NCBI GenBank assembly: GCA_050331015.1
Contig: JBHJHH010000032.1
Span: 6,002 to 70,001 of the forward strand
Reading direction: 5' to 3'
Length of the DNA: 64,000 nt
Source: Geminicoccaceae bacterium
GTDB taxonomy: Bacteria > Pseudomonadota > Alphaproteobacteria > Geminicoccales > Geminicoccaceae
The notes below the pieces were generated by a model. It made no database searches, was not told where the DNA came from, and saw only the letters and a list, made by a program, of their open reading frames with translations. Numbering within the stretch: the first letter of the stretch is position 1; every line of letters begins with the position of its first letter. Positions 44,611-52,228 of the stretch are shown here, piece by piece. The position numbers were made by a program, and so were the translations under genes.

Positions 44611-44750
44611 TCACCAAACGATGCGTTCAGTCACCATCTGTCGTGTTGTGTCAACAGCTGTCGCGTTTTGTCACCAGCTGTGGCGTTCAATCACCAGTTG
44701 CGGCGTTTGGTCACCGACTGGTGCGTTCAGTCATCGGCTGCGCACAAAAC
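44611..44750. repeat. Seven contiguous 20-bp direct repeats (consensus TCACCAGCTGTGGCGTTCAG)
   Basis: The units start exactly every 20 nt at 44611, 44631, 44651, 44671, 44691, 44711 and 44731. Units 1-6 match the consensus at 15-19 of 20 positions, and unit 7 matches at 10 of 20. Confidence 0.85.
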
Positions 44751-44771
44751 GCGCGCGGTGCGGGATTTGCA

Positions 44772-45503
44772 TTAGGAATGCGCGTTGGCGCGACGCTTGG
44801 CGATTTTTCGGTAGGCCACCGGCAGTAAGGCGAGCGCCGCCAGTCCGATAATTGGCAGGAGGATCTGCGGCTCGAAAATGATGCCCAGATCCGGGGTTTT
44901 ACCAGCATCGAACAGCGCGCCGAGGCCATTGCCGACGCTGATATAGACAAAGGTGCCGGGAATAAAGCCCAAGAACGTGCCAAGTATATAGGTGCCGAGT
45001 GATACGCCCAGAAAGGCCGGCACCAGATTGACCAACCAGAACGGGAAAATCGGGATCAATCGAAGCACGACCATATACAGGAAAGCATCTTCCTGAAAAC
45101 CGGCGCGCATCCGCTGCGTGGCGCCGCCGACCTGTTCGCGCAAAGCATTGCCCAGCGCTGTTTTGGCGATCAGGAAGATGGCCGTGGCGCCAAGGGTCGC
45201 GGCGACCACGGTCATCGCCGTGCCGAGCCACAAACCGAACAAAAACCCGCCGGCGATGGTCAATAGGGCAGCGCCCGGCAAAGAAATCGCCACCGACACA
45301 GCATAGGCCGTCATGTAAATCATCGCGGCAACGAAGGGCCGGTCGCTGACGAATGCTTGCAGACTGGCGCGATGGGTCTTCAAGGTCTCGAAGCTGAGAT
45401 ACTTCGGCAGGTCGAATACTAGCGCGAGAGCCAGCGCGGCGGCCAGCACGGCGACCGGGGCAAATCTTTTGACGATATCCATTGGCGCGCTTTGGCCGGC
45501 CAT
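44772..45503 (-). CDS. TVP38/TMEM64 (DedA-related, SNARE-associated) membrane protein
   Basis: Polytopic protein with segments ...ISLPGAALLTIAGGFLFG... and ...RLIPIFPFWLVN... typical of the family. Its ATG shares one base with the upstream stop (TGATG). Confidence 0.8.
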   Translation of the reverse strand: MAGQSAPMDIVKRFAPVAVLAAALALALVFDLPKYLSFETLKTHRASLQAFVSDRPFVAAMIYMTAYAVSVAISLPGAALLTIAGGFLFGLWLGTAMTVVAATLGATAIFLIAKTALGNALREQVGGATQRMRAGFQEDAFLYMVVLRLIPIFPFWLVNLVPAFLGVSLGTYILGTFLGFIPGTFVYISVGNGLGALFDAGKTPDLGIIFEPQILLPIIGLAALALLPVAYRKIAKRRANAHS

Positions 45504-46963
45504 CAGCCGAATCTCGCCAGAAAACGCACGATTGCGCGCGTGCGCGGGCTAAACAGCTTGGGCGTGTACCAGCTGCCGGCCGCCCGCTTGCTCACTTCGC
45601 CCAGCGTTGGATAGGGCGCGATCATGGTCGCCATGGCGCCGATCTTCTGTTTGGTGTGCATCGCCAGCGTCCAGCTGTGTATCAGCTCGCCGGCGCCGAG
45701 ACCGGCGATGCCAGCGCCCAGAATCCGGCCGTTTCCGCGGCAAACCACCTTGATCAACCCCTCGGTGCGGCGCTCGGCCTGGGCACGGTCGTTGTCCTTG
45801 AACGACCAGCGCAAGACCTGCGGCGCGATACCGGCGTCGCGCGCCGCCTGTTCGCTCATGCCGACCTGGGCCAGCTCGGGATCGGTGAAGGTGACATGCG
45901 GTAAGGCGCTGTAACTGGCTTTCGCCGGTAAACGAAACAGCGCGCGCTTAATGACGATGCCGGCATGATCGCCGGCGACATGGGTGAATTGCGGCCCACC
46001 GGCAATATCACCGACAGCAAAAACGTGACGGTTACTGATGCTGCGCAGGCCGGCATCGACATGGATGCCCTTGTCACTGTACTCGACCTCGCCCTTGTCG
46101 AGTTCGAGGTCGTCGACATTGGCAGTCCGTCCGGTGGCAACCAGAAGATCGCTACCCTCGACGGTGTGGGCTGCGCCATCGTGTTCGATATCGACGGCGA
46201 TGCCGTTGCCTTGCGCGCGCACCGCTTTGACCTTGGCCCGTTCAAACAGCGCGACGCCGTCGGCGATCAGTTTTTTCCGAATGATTTCAACGAGTTCCGT
46301 GTCATCGCGTGGCAGGATCGGGCCGAGATCGATCAGGCTGACGCGCGCGCCCAGACGGCGGTGCGCCTGGGCCATTTCACTCCCGATCGGGCCGCCGCCA
46401 AGCACGATCAGGTGGCCTGGCGGCTCGGTGCGCTGGAACAGGGTCTCGTTGGTCAGATAATTGATCTGGTCGAGACCGGGAATCGGCGGAATCGCTGGCC
46501 TCGAGCCGGCGGCGAGGACGATACGCCTGGCCTCGATGCGCTGATCGTCGGTGACGATGGTGCGCGCATCGGCGAATCGCGCACGGCTGCGCAGGACACG
46601 CACGCCGAGGCCCTCGAAGCGCTCTTGCGAATCATGCGGTGCGATGGCGGCGATGACGCCCTGGACATGCCGGTAGACGGCCGCGAAGTCGATCGCCGGC
46701 TCATGGCCATTGATGCCGAACATGCCGGCATGGCGGATGGTATCGGCGATTTTCGCGGCCTTGAGCAGGGATTTCGACGGCACGCAGCCATAGTTCAGGC
46801 AGTCGCCGCCCATGGCGCCGTGTTCGATCAGGACGCAATCGGCACCCATCTGGCTGGCACCGGCGGCGACCGAAAGGCCGCCGGAACCAGCGCCGATGAT
46901 GCACAGATCGGTCTTGATCGTCTCCATACGGGCTTCCTTGCTTGTTGAGGGCGTCCCGCTCAA
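45503..46963 (-). CDS. FAD-dependent pyridine nucleotide-disulfide oxidoreductase (Lpd/MerA-like)
   Basis: Motifs IIGAGSGG and redox-active GGDCLNYGCVPSK, an NAD fold (VLGGGPIGSE) and a C-terminal dimerisation domain. No lipoyl or metal-binding N-domain is present. Confidence 0.85.
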   Translation of the reverse strand: MSGTPSTSKEARMETIKTDLCIIGAGSGGLSVAAGASQMGADCVLIEHGAMGGDCLNYGCVPSKSLLKAAKIADTIRHAGMFGINGHEPAIDFAAVYRHVQGVIAAIAPHDSQERFEGLGVRVLRSRARFADARTIVTDDQRIEARRIVLAAGSRPAIPPIPGLDQINYLTNETLFQRTEPPGHLIVLGGGPIGSEMAQAHRRLGARVSLIDLGPILPRDDTELVEIIRKKLIADGVALFERAKVKAVRAQGNGIAVDIEHDGAAHTVEGSDLLVATGRTANVDDLELDKGEVEYSDKGIHVDAGLRSISNRHVFAVGDIAGGPQFTHVAGDHAGIVIKRALFRLPAKASYSALPHVTFTDPELAQVGMSEQAARDAGIAPQVLRWSFKDNDRAQAERRTEGLIKVVCRGNGRILGAGIAGLGAGELIHSWTLAMHTKQKIGAMATMIAPYPTLGEVSKRAAGSWYTPKLFSPRTRAIVRFLARFG

Positions 46964-47073
46964 CTGCGGTGCCTGGTAGTTTCGAGCAAATCATCGGCCG
47001 TCACAACGAAGTGAGCCGCAAGCGCCGGTGCTGCACGCTTGTCTCGCCGCAGCGATGCCTCTAGGTATCCGGC

Positions 47074-47577
47074 ATGCCTGCAACACCCGAACAGCTCTAC
47101 GATCGGTTTCGCGCGCTGGACATTACCGCGATCGTGCATACGCACGCGAACGTGTTCACGGTCGAAGAGGCCCAGGCCCACACCGCGCACCTCGACGGCG
47201 GCCATTGCAAAAACCTGTTCTTGCGCGACAAGAAAGAGCGCATGTGGCTGGTGACCGTCGAGGACGAGCGGCGGGTCGATCTGAAGGCGTTGCAACAGCG
47301 CCTGGGCGCGCAGAAACTGTCTTTTGGCAGCGCCGAGCGCTTGATGACCTATCTCGGTGTCGCGCCCGGCTCGGTCACCCCGCTGGCGGTGATCAACGAT
47401 CCCGACCAGCGCGTCGAGGTCGTGCTCTCGGCCAGCCTGCTGCGACATGCGCTCATCAATGTGCACCCGTTGCGCAACGACGCCACCGTGCAGATCGGCA
47501 ACACGGACCTGGTGCGCTTCATCGAGGCGTGCGGACACACGCCCAGCGTCATCGACTTCGACAGCGAGCTGGACTGA
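47074..47577 (+). CDS. YbaK/ProX-type aminoacyl-tRNA editing domain protein
   Basis: 167 aa. The segment HCKNLFLRDKK......V...D.RVDLK.L....G..KLSF...E.L....GV.PGSVTP matches the free-standing ProRS-associated editing domain. Confidence 0.75.
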   Translation: MPATPEQLYDRFRALDITAIVHTHANVFTVEEAQAHTAHLDGGHCKNLFLRDKKERMWLVTVEDERRVDLKALQQRLGAQKLSFGSAERLMTYLGVAPGSVTPLAVINDPDQRVEVVLSASLLRHALINVHPLRNDATVQIGNTDLVRFIEACGHTPSVIDFDSELD

Positions 47578-47580
47578 GCC

Positions 47581-48123
47581 ATGGCGCGCGTGCACGTCAC
47601 CAATCTGGCGACTTTGGCCGACGAGGTCGCCCGCGTGCGGCCGCAGAAAGTCGTCACCGTGATCGATCCGGGCACTGCCCTGCCGGATTTGCCGGAGCTG
47701 GCCACGGAGGCGCATTTGCGGCTGTTCTTTCATGATCTGAGCGCGCCGCGCACGGCCGCCGATATCCTGCCGTCGCGCAGTGACATGCAGACGATCTTGA
47801 CCTTCGCCGATGCGCTCGGTCCGGATGGCATTCTCGTGCACTGCTTTGCCGGCGTGTCGCGCTCGACCGCGACGGCCTATGCCATCGCCTGCATGTACAA
47901 TCCCGGTCGGGAGCAGGAGCTGGCGCAGATGCTCCGTCAGCGCGGGCCGCACGCCATTCCCAACCGGCTGATGGTGGCGTTTGCCGACGACCTGCTCGGG
48001 CGCGGCGGGCGGATGAACGAGGCCATCGCCGCCTTGCCGCCGCCGCATCGGCCGATGTTCGAGCGCCGTTTCGAGTTACCCCTGGTCTGGGAGCTCGACG
48101 CGGCACCGGGCGATCCGGTCTAG
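47581..48123 (+). CDS. Cys-based protein-tyrosine-phosphatase-like protein
   Basis: P-loop HCFAGVSRS (C-X5-R-S) within a 180-aa protein. It starts 4 nt after the ProX-like stop. Confidence 0.6.
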   Translation: MARVHVTNLATLADEVARVRPQKVVTVIDPGTALPDLPELATEAHLRLFFHDLSAPRTAADILPSRSDMQTILTFADALGPDGILVHCFAGVSRSTATAYAIACMYNPGREQELAQMLRQRGPHAIPNRLMVAFADDLLGRGGRMNEAIAALPPPHRPMFERRFELPLVWELDAAPGDPV

Positions 48124-49301
48124 TTAGTGCAGCGCACGGCGAGCGGTGCCAAGCCATTGAATTCAATGGCGCTGTAGCTGTAGGTGTAGGCGCCGGCGCT
48201 GGCGAAGATCAGCTGATCGCCCGGCTCGAGCGTGCTCGGCAGCAGAACCGGCCTGCGCTCGTACAAGATGTCGACGCTGTCACAGGTCGGGCCGGCCAGC
48301 GTGCACGGCACAAGCGGGCCGCTGCGATCGCTGTAGATCGGATAGCGGATGCTTTCGCCGAGCGCCTCGGCCAGACCATTGAAGACACCGACATCGCAAT
48401 AGATCCACTGCCGTCGGCCGCCATCGGCGTGATCGCGCTCGGCGGCGAGAATCACCTGGCTGCCGATCCAGCCGGCATTGCCAATCAGGCCACGGCCGAT
48501 TTCCGCGATCACCGCCAGGTTGTTGCGCCTGGCGCCGAAATAGCGCGCGAGTGCGTGCTCGATCACCCGGCCATAGGCAACCGAGGGCGGCACGGCCTCG
48601 CCGTAGCGCGCCGGGAAGCCGCCACCGATATTGAGCATGTGCAGGGCGATGCCCTCGGCCGCCAGGGCATCGAAGACGGTCGCGGCATCGGCGATGGCGG
48701 TTTCGAACGCGCCCGGATCGCGTTGCTGCGAGCCGACATGGAAAGCCACGCCCTCGGCCACCAGGCCGAGCGACCGGCACTGGCGGAGCAGGCCGATCGC
48801 CTCGTCGGGCGTGCAGCCGAACTTGCGCGACAGCGGCCAGTCGGCCCCTGCACCGCTGGTGGCGATGCGTACGAAGGCGCGCGCGCCCGGCGCATGCGTG
48901 GCCAGCTTGTCCAACTCTTGCTGGCTGTCGACACCGTACAGGCTGACACCGGCGCGATGGGCGAAGGCGATGTCGGCCGGCTTTTTCAGCGTGTTCGAGT
49001 AGATCAGGCGCTCGGGCGCAACGCCCAGCTCGAGACAGCGCGCGATTTCGCCCGGCGATGCGACATCGAAGCCGGCATCGGTGGCCGCCAGCAGGGCGAG
49101 CACGGCCGGATGCGGGTTGGCCTTGACGGCGTAGTAAATGGCGGTCGTCGGCAGGGCGGCGCGCAGCTCGGCATAGGCATCGCCAACGCTGGGCAGATCG
49201 ATGACCAGGCAGGGCGACGGCGTGGCCGGGTCGCTGAGCAGGGTGCGGACCCGCTCGGGCATGTCGCTGAGCGGGCGAGCGGGGGCGAGCGCAGGCGCCA
49301 T
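48120..49301 (-). CDS. Ornithine decarboxylase (Orn/DAP/Arg decarboxylase family 2, PLP-dependent)
   Basis: PLP-Lys motif YAVKANP, HVGSQ and NIGGGFP. 393 aa and adjacent to speE/speH. Substrate is inferred from context. Confidence 0.75.
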   Translation of the reverse strand: MAPALAPARPLSDMPERVRTLLSDPATPSPCLVIDLPSVGDAYAELRAALPTTAIYYAVKANPHPAVLALLAATDAGFDVASPGEIARCLELGVAPERLIYSNTLKKPADIAFAHRAGVSLYGVDSQQELDKLATHAPGARAFVRIATSGAGADWPLSRKFGCTPDEAIGLLRQCRSLGLVAEGVAFHVGSQQRDPGAFETAIADAATVFDALAAEGIALHMLNIGGGFPARYGEAVPPSVAYGRVIEHALARYFGARRNNLAVIAEIGRGLIGNAGWIGSQVILAAERDHADGGRRQWIYCDVGVFNGLAEALGESIRYPIYSDRSGPLVPCTLAGPTCDSVDILYERRPVLLPSTLEPGDQLIFASAGAYTYSYSAIEFNGLAPLAVRCTN

Positions 49302-49358
49302 GGCGTTCGCTTTCAGAGCAGATGTCGTAAGATCGGTGCTTGCGGGTCTGGCTGCCGA

Positions 49359-50231
49359 CTAGGCGGGCACCAGCTCGCGCACGTAGTTGGGCAGCGCGAA
49401 GGCCGCCTGGTGCACCTCGGCGTTGACGTAGCGCACGCCGTCCAGCCCGGCCTCGGCATAGCGCGCGCGCAAGGTCGCCACGGCATGCTGTCGGTGTGCT
49501 GGCTGATCACTCGCCCAGCCAAGGGCCATCGGCCCGCCGGCATAGGTCGGCACCGTGCACAAGTAACACGTGGCATCGGCGAACAGGCTGGCGAACGCTT
49601 TGAGGCTGGCGCGCAGCTCACCGGCCTGCAGGAACGGCACACCGTTTTGTGTCACCAGGATCCCGTCCGGGTTCAGGCAGCGCTTGCAGTCAGCGTAGAA
49701 GGCGCGGGTGAACAGCACCTCGCCCGGCCCGATCGGGTCGGTCGAATCGATCAGAATGACATCGAAGCGCGCCTCGGTTTCGGCCATGAACTGACGACCA
49801 TCGGCTATGACCAGATCGAGCCGCGGATCGTCGAACGCGCGGCTGCCGATCGATGGCAGATGCTCGCGGGCAAAATCGACCACGCCGGCGTCGATCTCGA
49901 TCATCGTGACCCGTTCGACGCTTGGGTGCTTGAGCACTTCCTCGGCCAGACCGCCGTCGCCGCCGCCCACGATGGCGACATGCCTGGCATGGCCGTGCGC
50001 GATCAACGGCACATGGGCGAGCATCTCGTGATAGATGAACTCGTCGGCCTCGGTCGTCTGCACGACATCGTCGAGGGTCAGCACGCGGCCGAAAGTCGGG
50101 CTTTCAAACACGACCAGGCGCTGATGCTCGGTGGCGCTGTCATACAGGACGCGCGCCACGCGCAGACCCTGACGGTAGTCCGCGTGCAGGATCTCGGTGC
50201 ACCAGGTGCCATCTTCGGGCTTAGCCGCCAT
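49359..50231 (-). CDS. speE: Spermidine synthase
   Basis: Motifs LDDVVQTTE.DEFIYHEML.HVPL, IVGGGDGG and D.TDPIGP. Confidence 0.9.
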   Translation of the reverse strand: MAAKPEDGTWCTEILHADYRQGLRVARVLYDSATEHQRLVVFESPTFGRVLTLDDVVQTTEADEFIYHEMLAHVPLIAHGHARHVAIVGGGDGGLAEEVLKHPSVERVTMIEIDAGVVDFAREHLPSIGSRAFDDPRLDLVIADGRQFMAETEARFDVILIDSTDPIGPGEVLFTRAFYADCKRCLNPDGILVTQNGVPFLQAGELRASLKAFASLFADATCYLCTVPTYAGGPMALGWASDQPAHRQHAVATLRARYAEAGLDGVRYVNAEVHQAAFALPNYVRELVPA

Positions 50232-50712
50232 GGCCGACGGCCCCTTTGCCGCGACGATGTTCGCCGACCACGATGCGCGCAGGCGTGAACGCCTCTCTCA
50301 GGACATCAACCGTAAGTTCTGGACGGGCGTCGCCGCACATGAACACATCGAGCGCCGCATAGCCGCATTCCGGCCAGCTGTGGATGCTGATGTGGCTTTC
50401 CGCCAGCACCGCCACACCGGACACGCCGCCATTGGGCGTGAAATGGTGCAGGTGAATGTGCAGCAAGGTTGCCCCGGCGATCTCCACGCAGCGACGCAAG
50501 GTCGTCTCAACATGGTCCAGGTCATCGAGACGCGCGCCACCGATCACATCAATGATCAGATGTGTGCCGGCGAAGACCTCGCCGTCACGTTCGATGAAAA
50601 AGTCTTTGCGCTCACTGTTCGCAGGAACAGGATTGCGCGGCAATTCTTCCGTTTGGGTGGTGCTTGCTTCCAAGTCCATCCCCAATTGGAAGAGTTGGTG
50701 TGCGTTACGCAT
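50221..50712 (-). CDS. speH: S-adenosylmethionine decarboxylase proenzyme (SpeH/class 1 type)
   Basis: Self-processing site region VAVLAESHISIHSWPE. Internal ATG 50712 follows a GGGGAGG RBS. An 11-nt overlap with speE. Confidence 0.85.
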   Translation of the reverse strand: MRNAHQLFQLGMDLEASTTQTEELPRNPVPANSERKDFFIERDGEVFAGTHLIIDVIGGARLDDLDHVETTLRRCVEIAGATLLHIHLHHFTPNGGVSGVAVLAESHISIHSWPECGYAALDVFMCGDARPELTVDVLREAFTPARIVVGEHRRGKGAVGHGG

Positions 50713-50816
50713 CGCCACCTCCCCAATCAGCAGATGACCCGGGTGAATTCCGGAGACGGGCGCGGGTATGCGACAAAGGCTCAGCCCTAGCAAGGGGTAA
50801 AACGAACAACCTGCGC

Positions 50817-50833
50817 GCGATTCGACGAATCGC
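50817..50833. promoter_or_regulatory. Perfect 17-bp palindrome containing two GANTC sites, upstream of speH
   Basis: GCGATTCG-A-CGAATCGC is centred about 113 nt upstream of the speH ATG. GATTC lies at 50819-50823 and GAATC at 50827-50831. Confidence 0.4.
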
Positions 50834-50861
50834 TCACGCGCTGCAGCTTGTCAGCAAGGCC

Positions 50862-50877
50862 TTAAACATTCGTTAAC
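50862..50877. promoter_or_regulatory. CtrA-box-like motif TTAA-N7-TTAAC
   Basis: TTAAacattcgTTAAC lies in the lipoprotein-speH intergenic region, 150-165 nt upstream of the speH ATG. It is the only such match I found while scanning the A/T-poor window by eye. Confidence 0.35.
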
Positions 50878-50975
50878 GCGGCAGATTTCCCGGCGCGCCG
50901 CGCCATTTCAGCGAATACGCACACCGTGCGCGTTTTGCTCAGTGCGACCGCAAGGTCACAGGCAAGGGCGCAGTT

Positions 50976-51566
50976 TCAAAAACCGGCGCTGGCGCCGAAA
51001 TAGACCGGAAACGGCAGGATGTTGAAGCCATAGCTGGCGGCGTAGGGATCCGGAAACAGGCCGTTGGCGACCCGCCAGATCTGCCGCTGGAAGCGATAAT
51101 CCGCCGGCGATGTCGGCGCGATGTCGGTGATTGTGCGCGAGGCCGCGATCGGCTCACCGTTCTCGCAAGCCACGGCGAGGACACGCAGGGGCGGTGACGG
51201 CAGGCTGGTGCTGATCGCCGCGTCGCTGCACAGGCCGGTGGTGTCGTAGCTGTCGCCGCTCAGATGCACGTAGACAGTCAACCGATCGCCGGGCGGCGGC
51301 GGTGCAAAGGTGGGCGATAGGGCGCGCACGCCATCGGCGAAGCTGCTGCGCACGATCTTGTCGAGCTCCGCCGCCTCATCCGCAAACGGATTGCCGGTGA
51401 CGATCATCGGCACCGGGCCATAGAGCAGGGCGGATTCCAGCTTGCGCCGGGCCTGAAACGGATCGCCGCCCATCTCGCCCGGTGCATCCATTTGCTGACA
51501 GCCCAGCAAAGCGAGCACGACAAACAGGCCGAGGCGGCGGGCATGGCTGAGCATTGAACAGATCAT
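50976..51566 (-). CDS. Hypothetical lipoprotein
   Basis: Lipobox FVVLALLGC. No family recognised. ATG 51566 overlaps the MT-A70 stop (ATGA), with ATG 51554 as the alternative. Confidence 0.55.
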   Translation of the reverse strand: MICSMLSHARRLGLFVVLALLGCQQMDAPGEMGGDPFQARRKLESALLYGPVPMIVTGNPFADEAAELDKIVRSSFADGVRALSPTFAPPPPGDRLTVYVHLSGDSYDTTGLCSDAAISTSLPSPPLRVLAVACENGEPIAASRTITDIAPTSPADYRFQRQIWRVANGLFPDPYAASYGFNILPFPVYFGASAGF

Positions 51567-52228
51567 CCTACCGAGGGGCGCCGCCTTGTTTCGACGGGGC
51601 CGTGGTCAAACAGGCCGGCCTGCGCGCCCCAGGCATGCCAGCGCTCACGCTGCTGCCGGGCGAACAGTTCCAGGTACGGGCCGTCCACCAGGCGTTCGAT
51701 GCGCTGGTAGATCTCTTCGGGCTTGCGCGAATGCTCACGGCGCGGCGCGATCACCAGGCGGTCGACATCGCGCGCCACGCGCTTGGGCTGGCCACGGGTG
51801 CCGAGCAGGCAGAGCTCCGGATTGGCGCGCGTCCAATAGCCGAGGCCGCGGAAAAAGTCGCCGGGCCGCAAGTGGTCGGGGTCGGCGCGGCGGTTGAGCT
51901 TGGCCCAGACGAACGCGATGGTCTTGTAGGTGAAGCCCCAGGCCGCCATGACATCCAGGCCGCGCGGCAGCAGCGGATCGGTCACCCAGAGCAGCAAAAC
52001 GGCGTCACCGGCGGCCCAGTCGGCTACGGGTAGCGCCTTGATATCGTTCAGGCTCAGGCAGTCATAATGGGCTTCGGCACTGCGTCCCTTGCCCTTGTCG
52101 GAATAGGTATCAAAGCGCCACGGCGGATCGGCATAGATGACATGGTAGCGGCCTGCCGCCGGGGGTGCCGGCAAGAGCCGGCCCGAGGTCGCAAGGTCGA
52201 GCGGTCGGGTGACGCCATTGGCCGTCAT
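51563..52228 (-). CDS. MT-A70-family N6-adenine methyltransferase (orphan)
   Basis: Catalytic motif YADPPWRF with a downstream LLLWVT...AWGF.YKT..VW.K core. No restriction or specificity gene is adjacent. Confidence 0.8.
   Translation of the reverse strand: MTANGVTRPLDLATSGRLLPAPPAAGRYHVIYADPPWRFDTYSDKGKGRSAEAHYDCLSLNDIKALPVADWAAGDAVLLLWVTDPLLPRGLDVMAAWGFTYKTIAFVWAKLNRRADPDHLRPGDFFRGLGYWTRANPELCLLGTRGQPKRVARDVDRLVIAPRREHSRKPEEIYQRIERLVDGPYLELFARQQRERWHAWGAQAGLFDHGPVETRRRPSVG

Noticed and set aside
44535-44851. Three overlapping 70-97-aa plus-strand ORFs across the 20-bp repeat array, and a possible CRISPR call for the array
   Set aside because: All three frames are open only because the 20-nt unit lacks stops, and a period of 20 is incompatible with a coding repeat. 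It is not CRISPR because the repeats abut with no spacers, are degenerate, and no cas genes are present.
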